DNA of 64,000 nucleotides from Alphaproteobacteria bacterium. GTDB lineage: Bacteria > Pseudomonadota > Alphaproteobacteria > Bin95. Every line of letters begins with the position of its first letter. Within the stretch, counting starts at the first letter, position 1. A program made the translations under genes and the position numbers. Below are positions 29,841-39,719 of the stretch, in pieces. The notes beneath the pieces were generated by a model, which worked only from the letters and a program-made list of their open reading frames with translations, searched no databases and was not told where the DNA came from. The stretch covers positions 960,001 to 1,024,000 of the forward strand of contig CBDBGH010000003.1 of NCBI GenBank assembly GCA_965205265.1. Reading direction: 5' to 3'.

Positions 29841-30401
29841 TTACATCGTCACCCAGCCGGGCGGCGGCTCGCGGCCGGGATGGATTGCGCCGCATCCGCC
29901 GCAGGTCCGGGCCGTTTCGTCCGCGTAGAAGGCATCGAACAGCGGCGGCAGGTCCGTCACGATATTGCCGACCGGCAGCTCGACCCGGTGCACCAGCGCG
30001 CCGCAGTCGAAGCAGAACCACTCGAAACCGTCCAGCATGCCGCCCACGCGCGGCGCTTCCACCACTAGCCCGACGGAGCCCGGCATCGGGCGCTGCGGCG
30101 AGTGGCGCACATGAGGGGGCAGCATGAACACCTCGCCCGCACGGATCGGGACATCGTAGATGCAGCCCTTTTCCGCCACCTTGAGGATCATGTCGCCTTC
30201 CAGCTGATAGAAGAACTCCTCGACGGGGTCGTCGTGGAAATCCACCCGCTGGTTCGGCCCGCCCACGACCATCACGGTCATGCCGGCTTCCTCGAACACC
30301 AGCTTGTTGCCGACCGGCGGTTTCAGGAGTTCGCGGTGTTCGTCGATCCAGCGGCGGAAATCGAAGGGCCTGAAGCGCGGGTGTTCCGAAAAGCCTGCCA
30401 T
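29841..30401 (-). CDS. nbaC: 3-hydroxyanthranilate 3,4-dioxygenase
   Basis: LKPPVGNK, VGGPNQR.DFH, EEFFYQ, HSPQR, rubredoxin-like CxxC pairs. Confidence 0.92.
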   Translation of the reverse strand: MAGFSEHPRFRPFDFRRWIDEHRELLKPPVGNKLVFEEAGMTVMVVGGPNQRVDFHDDPVEEFFYQLEGDMILKVAEKGCIYDVPIRAGEVFMLPPHVRHSPQRPMPGSVGLVVEAPRVGGMLDGFEWFCFDCGALVHRVELPVGNIVTDLPPLFDAFYADETARTCGGCGAIHPGREPPPGWVTM

Positions 30402-30414
30402 CGCCGGTTCCTCC

Positions 30415-31389
30415 TCACTCGGCGGCGCTGCGCATCAGTTCCGGTCCGCAGGTCTCGAAGGCCAGCCGGGTGGCCTGCTTCTCGGCCTCGGTCAGATCCA
30501 GCATGGGAGGCCGCACCGGCCCGCCGGCTTGGCCCAGCAACTCCTGCCAGTATTTTTGGTGCGCATGCGGCTTTGCGCCGGGGCGGGTTCGCTTCAGGGC
30601 GTCCCGCACGGGATCGAGGCTGTCCCTCACCCGCCTGGCTTCCTCCGCCTCACCGGCGAATGCGAGATCGGTGTAGAGGCGCATCCGGCGGTCCACCGCC
30701 GTCTGCAGCAGGTAGGGCGGTGAGGAACACAGATATAGCTGCCAGCCGAGTTCGAGAATGTTGTCGAGCCACTCCTCCTCGGAGGCCGTGCTGACCAGGA
30801 GCCGGTCGCCTGCAAGGCGGGTGAGTTCGGTGTACATCTCGCGGGGCACGCTGTATTTGATGGCCACGATATTGGGGAGTTCGGCGATCCGGGCGCAGAG
30901 TTCGGGGCTCATCAGATAGCCGCTGTCGGGATGGCTCCACATGGCGATCCCGATATCCACCGCCTCGCTGACCGTGCGGTAGTACTCGTAGAGAAGGTCG
31001 TCGCGGTCGGTCACGAAACTCAACACCGGCGCATGCACGACGATGTAATCCGCGCCCACGGCCTGGGCATGGCGGGCCAGATCGATGACCGTATCCATGT
31101 TCTGGTCGGAGCAGGACATGACGGTGCCGGCGCCCGTGCCGTGCGCTGCATCGACCGCAATCTCGAAGACGCGCTTGCGCTCCTCGACCGACATCGAGAA
31201 GTATTCGCCCTGCTTCCCGGAAATGAACAGCCCGTCGATGCCGAGGTCTTCGACCCAGTGGCGGATGTTGGACCGCATGCCCGCCTCGTCTATCGACAGG
31301 TCTTCCCGGAAGGGTTGCAGGGCGGCGGCCCAGATTCCCTTCATGCGGGCGCGCGCATGCTCCTTGGCTTCATTCCGGCGATAGTCCAT
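30415..31389 (-). CDS. DHDPS/N-acetylneuraminate lyase-family protein
   Basis: GKQGEYFSMS.EER, Schiff-base lysine in IVAIKYS, GPVRPPM. Confidence 0.82.
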   Translation of the reverse strand: MDYRRNEAKEHARARMKGIWAAALQPFREDLSIDEAGMRSNIRHWVEDLGIDGLFISGKQGEYFSMSVEERKRVFEIAVDAAHGTGAGTVMSCSDQNMDTVIDLARHAQAVGADYIVVHAPVLSFVTDRDDLLYEYYRTVSEAVDIGIAMWSHPDSGYLMSPELCARIAELPNIVAIKYSVPREMYTELTRLAGDRLLVSTASEEEWLDNILELGWQLYLCSSPPYLLQTAVDRRMRLYTDLAFAGEAEEARRVRDSLDPVRDALKRTRPGAKPHAHQKYWQELLGQAGGPVRPPMLDLTEAEKQATRLAFETCGPELMRSAAE

Positions 31390-31543
31390 GGGCCGCGTTC
31401 CCCGATGCGCCCGGGATCATGAGTCCGGTCGCGCGGCGCCAGTATGCGTCCAATCTCGACGCTCGACAATGAAGTGCCGGTGCGCCGTTGTCCGGCGGCC
31501 GCAATGCGAGGGCCGCCGGACAACAGCCATGCGGCGCGGGCTG

Positions 31544-32887
31544 TCAGAACGCCGCGTCGCGGCCGTGCGCCCTGGCGACCTCGCGGGCGTTGGGGTTGAC
31601 GGAGGGACGGAACGGCATTTCGCAGACTTCCGCCGCCACCGGCTGTCCCGGCTGTTCGGCGTAGCGGTCCGGCAGCCACACGGCGTATTCCGTGCCGACG
31701 CCGGACCTCTCCACCGGCACATAGCCCATGGATATGTTGCAACCGAGCTCCGGCGAGTACCAGGGCGAGGTGAGATAGCCGACCGGCTCGCCGCCGCCCG
31801 GCTCCGACACCAGCCAGAAGTCCGGCGCATAGTCGTCGATGGGCCGGCCGCCGAGGCGCAGGCCCACAAGCTGCTGGCGCCAGGGCGGATTGCCGGCTTC
31901 CATCTCCGCCCGCATCCGTTCCAGCGCCGCCCTGCCGATATAGTCGGCGGTCTTCTTGCGCGGTACCTGGTAGCCGAGATTGCACTGGAAGGGGTTGGTC
32001 TCGTGGTCGAGGTCCTGGCCCCAGGAAAGGATGCCGGCGGCAATGCGGCGCTGGTGGCCGGGCGCGATCACCATCAGCTTGTGCGCCTTGCCGGCTTCCA
32101 GCACCGCCTCCCACATGGTATTGGCGTGCAGGGTCGCGTCGCGCAGATAGATTTCGTAGCCCTTTTCGCCCGAGAAGCCGGACTGCGAAATCACGACGGC
32201 GCAGCCGCCCACCTCCGCCTCCATGATGCCGTAGAACGGAATCTCGCGGATCGCGGGCCCGACAAGGTCCGCCATCAGCGCTTCCGACTTCGGACCCTGA
32301 ATCTGCACCGGGCAGACGTCGATTTCGTCGATCTCGACATTCATACGCGCGCCGGTATTGACGCCCTGCAGCCAGAACAGGATGTCGCTGTCGGAAAGCG
32401 AGAACCAGAATTCGTCCTCCGCCAGCCGCAGCAGCACCGGGTCGTTGAGGATGCCGCCCTTCTCGTTGCAAAGGATGACGTATTTGCCGTGCATCGGCTG
32501 GATGCGGCTGGCATCGCGGGTGATGACATAGTTCACGAAGCGCTCGGCGTCCGGGCCTTTCACGCGGATCTGCCGCTCGACCGCGACATTCCACATGGTC
32601 ACATGCTTCGTCAGCGCCTCGTATTCCACGGACGCGCCGCCGTCCTCCGGGCGCACATAGCCGCGCGGATGATAGACGCGGTTGTAGACCGTCGCCCGCC
32701 AGCAGCCGGCCTCGTGGCTCAGATGCCAGTAGGGCGACTTGCGCACCCGGGTCGAGATCAACAGCTCCGTCTTCGTCGGCCCGCTCTGGCGCAGGTTGTA
32801 GGGCACGACGCGGTCGGACTGGTCGACGCTTGTCGCCTGTTCCCTGCGATAGCGGGAATCGAGGCTCGGGGAAATGTCGAGGGGCAT
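31544..32887 (-). CDS. GcvT-like aminomethyltransferase/THF-dependent demethylase
   Basis: RKSPY, GPDAERF, GGILNDPVLL, IQGPKS, SGFSGEKGYE, LTSPWYSPEL. Confidence 0.88.
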   Translation of the reverse strand: MPLDISPSLDSRYRREQATSVDQSDRVVPYNLRQSGPTKTELLISTRVRKSPYWHLSHEAGCWRATVYNRVYHPRGYVRPEDGGASVEYEALTKHVTMWNVAVERQIRVKGPDAERFVNYVITRDASRIQPMHGKYVILCNEKGGILNDPVLLRLAEDEFWFSLSDSDILFWLQGVNTGARMNVEIDEIDVCPVQIQGPKSEALMADLVGPAIREIPFYGIMEAEVGGCAVVISQSGFSGEKGYEIYLRDATLHANTMWEAVLEAGKAHKLMVIAPGHQRRIAAGILSWGQDLDHETNPFQCNLGYQVPRKKTADYIGRAALERMRAEMEAGNPPWRQQLVGLRLGGRPIDDYAPDFWLVSEPGGGEPVGYLTSPWYSPELGCNISMGYVPVERSGVGTEYAVWLPDRYAEQPGQPVAAEVCEMPFRPSVNPNAREVARAHGRDAAF

Positions 32888-32954
32888 GGGCTTCGCGCCT
32901 CCGCAGCAGGGACAGGAATCCCAGAATCGGCTCGGAGTCCGGGGCGGATGCGCC

Positions 32955-32995
32955 CGTTCGCGACGATTTTCGCGGCATGTGCGACAGAATTTTGC
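32955..32995 (-). promoter_or_regulatory. Putative AraC/GlxA-type operator: GCGAC half-sites 21 bp apart
   Basis: GCGACgATTTT at 32960 and GCGACagaATTTT at 32981, between the regulator and its divergent target. Confidence 0.45.
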
Positions 32996-33076
32996 TTCCG
33001 GAGCCCCGGAACCGATTGACAAGCCGGCAACACAGCGGCATTTGCAGCTTTAGCGTCATATTGCCGGAGTCGGCCC

Positions 33077-34102
33077 ATGGCTGGCGAGCAGGTATTCCGC
33101 GGGAGCGACGGCGCACCTGTCGAGGTGACGCTCCTGCCCATTCCGAACTTCTCCCTTTCGAGTTTCGCGGCGTTGGTCGAACCCCTTCGCCTTGCGAACT
33201 ACGTTGCGGAGCGTCCGCTCTACAGCTGGCGGGTCGTAACGCCGGAAGGCGCGCCGGTGCGCTCCAGTTGCGGCGTGGCGGTGGCGGCGGACGAGCCGGC
33301 CGAGCGCATCCGAAGACCGGAGAACATCGTTGTCTGCGGCGGCGTGGACGGCTGGGCCTATGAGGATCAGGCCGCGCTTGCGCTGTTGCGCCGCTGGGCG
33401 CGGGACGGCGCATATGTGGGCGCGGCATGCACCGGGGCCTATGTGCTGGCCCGGGCCGGCCTGTTGCGGGACCGGCGCTGCACCATCCACTGGGAGAGCC
33501 TCGACGGGTTCGCCGAACGGTTCCCGGATATCGACCTGCGCGCGGCGCTGTTCGAGATCGACCGCGACCGGTTCACCTGCACCGGCGGCGAGGCGGCGTG
33601 CGACATGGTCCTCCAGGACATCGCCTGGCGTCACGGCGGGGACATCATGGCGGCGGTGGCGGGACAGCTCCTGCATGACCGCGTGCGGAGCGGGCGCGAC
33701 GAACGCTACCTGCCGCACCAGGCGTGGCTGCGTACCAGCCATCCCGTGCTGGTCAAGGCGTTGACGGCCATGGCCGCGAATCGGGAAGAGCGCCTTTCCC
33801 TGGTCGAGATCGCCCGGGAGGCCAATGTTTCGCCGCGCCAGCTCGAGCGGCTGTTCCGGCGCTATCTCGATTCGACCCCGGCGCGCTGGTATCTGCGGAT
33901 GCGGCTGACGCGGGCGCGCCAGTTGCTGATCGAGACGCAAATGCCGGTGACCTGGATCGCGGTCGCCTGCGGTTTCGGCTCGACCTCGCATTTCTCCAAG
34001 AATTACCGCCAGTTCTTCGGCGTCTGCCCGCGCGAGGAACGCCGCCAGCGGCGGGCCGCGCGCGAATCCGCTGCCGCGCCGCCTGTGAGCCGCGCGGCAT
34101 AG
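33077..34102 (+). CDS. GlxA-family AraC transcriptional regulator
   Basis: EPLRLAN, CTGA..LA.AGLL, CTIHWE, SPRQLERLF, ACGF.S.SHFSK. Confidence 0.92.
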   Translation: MAGEQVFRGSDGAPVEVTLLPIPNFSLSSFAALVEPLRLANYVAERPLYSWRVVTPEGAPVRSSCGVAVAADEPAERIRRPENIVVCGGVDGWAYEDQAALALLRRWARDGAYVGAACTGAYVLARAGLLRDRRCTIHWESLDGFAERFPDIDLRAALFEIDRDRFTCTGGEAACDMVLQDIAWRHGGDIMAAVAGQLLHDRVRSGRDERYLPHQAWLRTSHPVLVKALTAMAANREERLSLVEIAREANVSPRQLERLFRRYLDSTPARWYLRMRLTRARQLLIETQMPVTWIAVACGFGSTSHFSKNYRQFFGVCPREERRQRRAARESAAAPPVSRAA

Positions 34103-34232
34103 AACGCAGCTCGATCCTATCCGGGCTTCTTCCGCGCCGGTCGCTGCCGCTGCTCCGCTGTCCGTTACCCTGGGCCGGCGTGTCGGGCTATGCTCCGGTG
34201 AAACCGGCCCGCTATGGAGGACTGAAGAGCCC

Positions 34233-35120
34233 ATGCCTTACGCAACGACCGACGACGGGGTGCGCCTGTATTACGAGGAGGCCGGGTCGGGGACGCCGGT
34301 CGTCTTCGTGCATGAGTTCGCGGGCGACATGCGCTCCTGGGAGCCGCAGATGCGGCACTTTGCGCATCGTTACCGCGTGCTCGCCTATAATGCGCGCGGC
34401 TATCCGCCCTCCGAGGTGCCGGAAGACCCGGCCAAGTATAGCCAGACGCGCGCCGCGGACGACATCGCCGCCGTCATGGACGCCGTCGGCATCGACCGCG
34501 CGCATATCTGCGGGCTGTCCAAGGGCGGGTTCGCCACCTTGCATTTCGGTTTCCGCCATGCCGAGCGCGCGATCTCCCTTGTCGTGGCGGGCTGCGGTTA
34601 CGGGGCGGAGCCGGACAAGCGCGCGCAGTTCAAGGCCGAGGCCGAGGCGACGGCGGCGCTGATCGAGCGCGACGGCATGGAGGCGTTCGCCGACATCTAC
34701 GCGCAGGGGCCGACCCGGGTGCAGTTCGAAAACAAGGACCCGCGCGGCTGGCGCGAGTTCCGCGACCAGCTTGCCGAACATTCGCAGGCGGGGGCGGCCG
34801 CCACCATGCGCGGCCTCCAGGCTAAGCGGCCCTCGCTCTACGACCTGATGGACGAGATGGCGGCGCTCCGGGTGCCGACCCTGGTGCTGACCGGCGACGA
34901 GGACTGGCCCTGCCTGCTGCCGGGCGTGCTGATGAAACAGACCATCCCCTCGGCGGCGCTCTCGGTAATGGTCAATTGCGGGCACACCATCAATATCGAG
35001 GACCCGGACGAGTTCAACCGCATCTGCGGCGAGTTCTTCGCCCAGGTGGATGCCGGCCGCTGGCCGGAGCGCGACCCGCGCGCGGTGACGGGCTCGATCC
35101 TCGGCGTCGAGGCGAAGTAG
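34233..35120 (+). CDS. Alpha/beta hydrolase
   Basis: HEFAGD, ARGYPPS, GLSKGG nucleophile elbow, GDED, GH. Confidence 0.85.
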   Translation: MPYATTDDGVRLYYEEAGSGTPVVFVHEFAGDMRSWEPQMRHFAHRYRVLAYNARGYPPSEVPEDPAKYSQTRAADDIAAVMDAVGIDRAHICGLSKGGFATLHFGFRHAERAISLVVAGCGYGAEPDKRAQFKAEAEATAALIERDGMEAFADIYAQGPTRVQFENKDPRGWREFRDQLAEHSQAGAAATMRGLQAKRPSLYDLMDEMAALRVPTLVLTGDEDWPCLLPGVLMKQTIPSAALSVMVNCGHTINIEDPDEFNRICGEFFAQVDAGRWPERDPRAVTGSILGVEAK

Positions 35121-35127
35121 GCGACGG

Positions 35128-36189
35128 TCAGGCGGCGGCGGCTTCCAGGGCGTCGAGCGGGGCCGTCGGCCGCACATTTGCCGGAAGCCGGAGGCCGAGC
35201 GGGCGGCCCGTGGCCGGGTCGCGGCCGTGGCGGCTGAAGAAAGGCTCCGGCACGGCGCGCCCGTCCGGCACGGCCAGCCAGATCCGGTAGAGGTGGCGCT
35301 TCCGGCCCGGCAGTTCCTCATAGGCCGTGCGCGTGTGCAGGACCGCCAGATTGTCGATCCACTGGATGTCGCCCGGCTGGAAGTCCATGTCGAGGCGAAG
35401 GTCCGCTTCGGCGGCGGTCCGCTCCAGGAAGTCGAGGGCTTCCACCTGTCGGGGCGTCAGGTCCGGCGCGCCTTCGTGCCGCGTGCAGGAATCGATGAAG
35501 CGCCGCACGAGGTTGACCGTCATGCGCCCGTCGGCGGCCCGCATGAAGACCGGCATCTCGTACCAGGGAAGCTGGCCTTCCACCTCCTCGCCGCGCCGGT
35601 CGATCAGGAAGGGCTCGGCGAGCACCTGCGCAAGGTCCGGGCGGCGTTCGAGGATGCGGTTCCAGACCGCGCCGGCGCTGACGATGCTGGAGAGCCCGCC
35701 CGTTCGCGCCGGGACGAGGCAGAACAGCCCGACGATCTCCGCGCCGATATCGGTGTGGAACGGCAGTTCGGCCGAGGACTGGTAGCCGCGTTTGTTCGGC
35801 GCCCAGGCGTCGATGCCGAGGTCCTTCACATGGCCGAGCAGGTGCCCGAGCGGGTTCTGGCAGACGGGCATGCCGATGCGCGAGCCGATGGCCCAGAAGG
35901 CGCGCGCGGCCACTTCGCGCGGCCACTCGTCCACCGGCAGGCCGCGCATGAGCGCAAAGCCGCAGCCTTCGACCACGGCGTCGCGCATCTCCTTGAGGCG
36001 CGCATCGAGGCGGGGCAGAGGCAGGTCGGCGCGGCCGAGCCCGGTGAGCTCGCGGTCGAGCGCGGCGGTCGCCGCCGCTTCCAGTTCGGCGATCTCGCCG
36101 GCGTCGAGCGTCACGATCCAGTCGTCGCGCCGCATGAGCTCGCCGCCATGCCAGACCGACGGACCGATGATGGGTTCGAGCGCCGTCAT
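35128..36189 (-). CDS. TauD/TfdA-family Fe(II)/2-oxoglutarate dioxygenase
   Basis: FHTD, LFCL, QPGDIQW.DN..VLHTR, RHLYRIWL. Confidence 0.88.
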   Translation of the reverse strand: MTALEPIIGPSVWHGGELMRRDDWIVTLDAGEIAELEAAATAALDRELTGLGRADLPLPRLDARLKEMRDAVVEGCGFALMRGLPVDEWPREVAARAFWAIGSRIGMPVCQNPLGHLLGHVKDLGIDAWAPNKRGYQSSAELPFHTDIGAEIVGLFCLVPARTGGLSSIVSAGAVWNRILERRPDLAQVLAEPFLIDRRGEEVEGQLPWYEMPVFMRAADGRMTVNLVRRFIDSCTRHEGAPDLTPRQVEALDFLERTAAEADLRLDMDFQPGDIQWIDNLAVLHTRTAYEELPGRKRHLYRIWLAVPDGRAVPEPFFSRHGRDPATGRPLGLRLPANVRPTAPLDALEAAAA

Positions 36190-36204
36190 GGGCCTTCCTC
36201 CCGC

Positions 36205-37467
36205 TTATGCGCCGGTTTGCGCGATGTCCCGGCGGCAGAATGCGCCCGGCCAGTCTATCGCATCGACGCCGCGATAGGCCAGCGCGCGCGCCTCGGCGCG
36301 GGTTGCGCCGGCGGCCGAGACGCCGAGCACCCGCCCGCCGGCCGCGAGTACCCGCCCGGCGTCGCCTGCCGCCGTGCCGGCATGGAAGACGGTCACGCCT
36401 TCCGGCATGCCGTCGAGGCCCGCGATTTCGCCGCCCCGGTCATACGGCCCCGGATAGCCCCGGTTCGCCATCACGACGCAGACCGACGCCTCCGCCGACC
36501 ATCGGAGATCGACATGGGAGAGATCGCCTTCGGCCGCCGCGACCAGCGCCGGCAGCAGGTCCGAGCGCAGGCGGAGCATCAGCGCCTGCGTTTCCGGGTC
36601 GCCGAAGCGGACATTGAATTCCAGCAGCTTCGGCTCGCCGTCCTCGATCATCAGCCCGGCGAACAGCACGCCGCGATAGGGCGTGCCGTCGGCCGCCATC
36701 TGCCGGACGGCCGGCAGGAAGATCTCGTTCTCGATCCTGGCCGCAAGCTCCGGCGCGACAGCTGGCGCGGGCGAGTGGCTGCCCATGCCGCCCGTATTGG
36801 GCCCGGTATCGCCCTCGCCCACGCGCTTGTAGTCCTGCGCCGTCTCCAGCATGAGCACGCGCTCGCCGTCGGCCAGCGCGAAGGCGCTCACTTCCTCGCC
36901 CCGCAGGCAGTCTTCAATGACAACCCTGGCGCCCGCCTCGCCGAAGGCGCGCTCGACCATGGCGGCGCTCACGGCGGCTTCGGCCTCTTCCACCGTCGCG
37001 GCGACGGTGACGCCCTTGCCGGCGGCGAGGCCGTCCGCCTTCACCACGACCGGCGCGCCGCGCTCCCGGATATGGGCCCGGGCGGCGCCGGCATCGTCGA
37101 ACACCGCAAAGCCGGCCGTGGGAATGCCGGCCCGGCGTGCGAGGTCCTTCATGAAGGCCTTGGAACTTTCCAGCCGCGCTGCCGCCCTGTCCGGCCCGAA
37201 TACCGCGATGCCGTCCTGCCGGAGGCGGTCCGCCAGCCCGGCCGCCAGCGGCGCTTCCGGCCCGACGACGACGAGGTCCATGCGCTCCTCCCGCGCAAGC
37301 GCCGCCAGGCTTTCGACATCCTCGGCGGCGACCGGCACGCAGTCGGCCTCGGCCGCGATCCCGGGATTGCCGGGCGCGCACCAGAGCCGCTCCACCAGCG
37401 GCGAGGCCGCAATCGTCCAGACGAGCGCATGCTCGCGCCCGCCGCCGCCCACCACCAGAACCCGCAT
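36205..37467 (-). CDS. purD: Phosphoribosylamine-glycine ligase
   Basis: GGREHAL, VGPEAPL, KADGLAAGKGV, GPNTGGMG, EFNVRFGDPE. Confidence 0.97.
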   Translation of the reverse strand: MRVLVVGGGGREHALVWTIAASPLVERLWCAPGNPGIAAEADCVPVAAEDVESLAALAREERMDLVVVGPEAPLAAGLADRLRQDGIAVFGPDRAAARLESSKAFMKDLARRAGIPTAGFAVFDDAGAARAHIRERGAPVVVKADGLAAGKGVTVAATVEEAEAAVSAAMVERAFGEAGARVVIEDCLRGEEVSAFALADGERVLMLETAQDYKRVGEGDTGPNTGGMGSHSPAPAVAPELAARIENEIFLPAVRQMAADGTPYRGVLFAGLMIEDGEPKLLEFNVRFGDPETQALMLRLRSDLLPALVAAAEGDLSHVDLRWSAEASVCVVMANRGYPGPYDRGGEIAGLDGMPEGVTVFHAGTAAGDAGRVLAAGGRVLGVSAAGATRAEARALAYRGVDAIDWPGAFCRRDIAQTGA

Positions 37468-37508
37468 GGCCTTCACGCCCTCCCGATTCGCGTGTATCTC
37501 CGGCAGGT

Positions 37509-38960
37509 ATGACGCAAGCGCCGCCGCTTTCCAACATACCGGAATACACGGTCGGCGAGGTCTCGGCAGCCGTTCGCCGCAATCTGGAAGCCGGGTTCCC
37601 GCGCGTGCGGGTGCGCGGCGAGGTGTCGGGCTTCAAGCGCGCCGCCTCGGGCCACCTCTATTTCAACCTGAAGGACGACCGGGACGTGCTGAACGCCGTG
37701 TGCTGGCGCGGCGCGGCGGGGCGGCTCGGACTTCGCCCGGAAGACGGCATGGAAGTGGTCGCGACGGGCCGGGTGACGGCCTATGGCGCGCGCTCCGCCT
37801 ACCAGCTTGTCGTGGACGCGCTCGACCTTGCGGGCGAGGGGGCGCTGCTCAAGCTGCTGGAGGAGCGCCGGCGGCGCCTCGCCGAAGAGGGGCTGTTCGC
37901 GGAAGACCGCAAGCGGCCGATTCCCTTCCTGCCGGAGCGTATCGGCATCGCCACCTCGCTCGGCGGGGCGGTGCTGCACGATATCCTGCACCGGCTGCGC
38001 GAGCGTTTCCCGCGCCATGTGCTGGTCTGGCCCGTGCCGGTGCAGGGCGAGGGCGCGGCGGAGAGGATCGCCGAATCCGTGGACGGCATGGGCGCGCTGC
38101 CGCCGGAGATGCGCCCTGACGTGCTGATCGTGGCGCGGGGCGGCGGCTCCTTGGAGGACCTTTGGGCCTTCAACGAGGAAGCGGTCGTGCGCGCGACGGC
38201 CCGCTCCGCCATTCCGCTGATCTCGGCTGTCGGCCATGAAACCGATACGACGCTGATCGATTTCGCCGCCGACCTTCGCGCGCCAACGCCGACGGCTGCG
38301 GCGGAAATGGCGGTGCCCGTCCGCGCGGAACTCCTTGCCCGGACAGGCGGGCAGGGAGAACGGCTGCTGGCCGCCGGCGCGCGTCTCGTGCAGGAGCGCC
38401 GGGCGCAGATCGCGGGCCTCGCGCGGGGCCTGCCGGCGCCGACGGCGCTTCTGGAACAGGCGAGCCAGAGGCTGGACGACAGGGGCGAGCGCATGGAAGC
38501 GGGGCTCCGTGCCCGCGTGGCGCTGGCCGCGTCCCGGATCGCGGAACTCTCGGCGCGCTTCGGGCGGCCGCGCGCGCTGCTCGACGCCCAGCAGGAGCGG
38601 CTGGCGGCGCTGGGCGCATCCTTTGTCCGCGCCGGGCAACACAGGGTCGAGGTCGAGGCCCACCGGCTGGAGCGGCTCGATGCGGGGCGGCGTTTGCCTG
38701 CGGCCTGGCATCGGCTTGCCGAAAACGCCGCCGCCGGACTCAAGCGGGCCGGCGCGTTGCTTGAAAGCTCTTCCTACCGCCGCGTGCTTGAGCGCGGCTT
38801 CGCCCTGGTGCGGGACGAGAGCGGGCCCGTTGTGTCGGCGGCGGAGGCACGCAAGCGAGGGCGCGTCGAAATCGTCTTCGCCGACGGCGAGGCTGCGGCC
38901 CGAATCGTCGGGGAAGGCCAGGAGGGGCCCGCCAAACCGAAGCAGGGAACGCTCTTCTGA
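37509..38960 (+). CDS. xseA: Exodeoxyribonuclease VII large subunit
   Basis: SGHLYFNLKD, VQGEGAA, ARGGGSLEDLWAFN, SAVGHETD, RAPTPTAAAE. Confidence 0.96.
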   Translation: MTQAPPLSNIPEYTVGEVSAAVRRNLEAGFPRVRVRGEVSGFKRAASGHLYFNLKDDRDVLNAVCWRGAAGRLGLRPEDGMEVVATGRVTAYGARSAYQLVVDALDLAGEGALLKLLEERRRRLAEEGLFAEDRKRPIPFLPERIGIATSLGGAVLHDILHRLRERFPRHVLVWPVPVQGEGAAERIAESVDGMGALPPEMRPDVLIVARGGGSLEDLWAFNEEAVVRATARSAIPLISAVGHETDTTLIDFAADLRAPTPTAAAEMAVPVRAELLARTGGQGERLLAAGARLVQERRAQIAGLARGLPAPTALLEQASQRLDDRGERMEAGLRARVALAASRIAELSARFGRPRALLDAQQERLAALGASFVRAGQHRVEVEAHRLERLDAGRRLPAAWHRLAENAAAGLKRAGALLESSSYRRVLERGFALVRDESGPVVSAAEARKRGRVEIVFADGEAAARIVGEGQEGPAKPKQGTLF

Positions 38961-39073
38961 TACCGGCGGCGCGGGGTTGCGACCCACGAAGATGCCTCCC
39001 CGCCATCGCCCCGGACCTTGAACCCTACCGGATTCACGCATCTGCCAACGATCTCGGACTACGCGCTCTCATG

Positions 39074-39163
39074 CGTCGCCCCGAACCCCGATCCGGGGCC
39101 TTGTGCAGCCGGAGCTCCGCTGCACGGAGGCCCCGGCTCGCCCTGCGGGCGTCCGGGGCGACG
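39074..39163. repeat. REP/RIME-like palindrome (second sequence type)
   Basis: CGTCGCCCCG ... CGGGGCGACG outer arms with nested GGGGCC/GGCCCC and GTGCAGC/GCTGCAC stems. Confidence 0.6.
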
Positions 39164-39193
39164 ATTGGGGCGCGGGGAGGGACTGCGGAATGT

Positions 39194-39640
39194 GTCATGG
39201 GATGTCATGTTTTCCATGCCGGGCGGTCATGCACTACAGCCGTTCCAGGCATAACGCTCTCGGTTCCGCCCCGGCTTCCGCCTGTTTCTCCGGGGTCTTC
39301 CATCTTCGGGTTCGGGGCATGGGTTTCTCCTTTTCGCTCCCGTTTCGTTCCATCCGCCTGCCGGCGGCGGGACCCTGATTCGCGCGTAATGCGCGCGGGT
39401 GCCCGCGCCCGCGGGCGCACGTTTCGCGCCGGCGCGATTCGCGCGCCTGATTGCCCGGGAGCGCCCCCGCGCGCGATCCGGACGCAGGGCGCACGTCTCC
39501 CGTTCGCTCTGAGGGGGTCTTTACGCGCCGACGCGGCAGCAGACGGCCTCCGGATGACGCCTGCTCGCGCCCTATATGGCTGAGAGCGGCTCTAATATCA
39601 AGTCCCTATACAGAATTATTTCAAAATTTTCGAACAATCC
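39194..39640 (-). repeat. Composite intergenic element, copy C
   Basis: AT-rich island; CTTGAT-N17-CCATAT (39602-39574); core 39504-39369; RBS AAGGAG and 28-aa ORF 39320-39234; tail 39261-39194. Confidence 0.75.
39369..39504 (-). ncRNA. Putative structured motif, copy C
   Basis: CCCTG..GATCGCGCG / CGCGCGAATCAGGG outer stem; GGCGCG-CGAAT-CGCGCC hairpin. Confidence 0.5.
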
Positions 39641-39719
39641 CGGTTTCATACCAGCAGTCGTTGACCGGAACCCATTCCGGCTTCGACGCCCGCCGCCCCG
39701 ATCGCCTCCATCCGTCATG

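Noticed and set aside
32888-33076. Glycine or THF riboswitch upstream of the GcvT-like gene
   Set aside because: No recognisable aptamer motifs; the divergent GlxA regulator explains control.
39018-39075. FTHLPTISDYAL resembling a PHP-domain N-terminus
   Set aside because: Too short, metal-binding histidines are missing, and it runs into a REP; likely chance.
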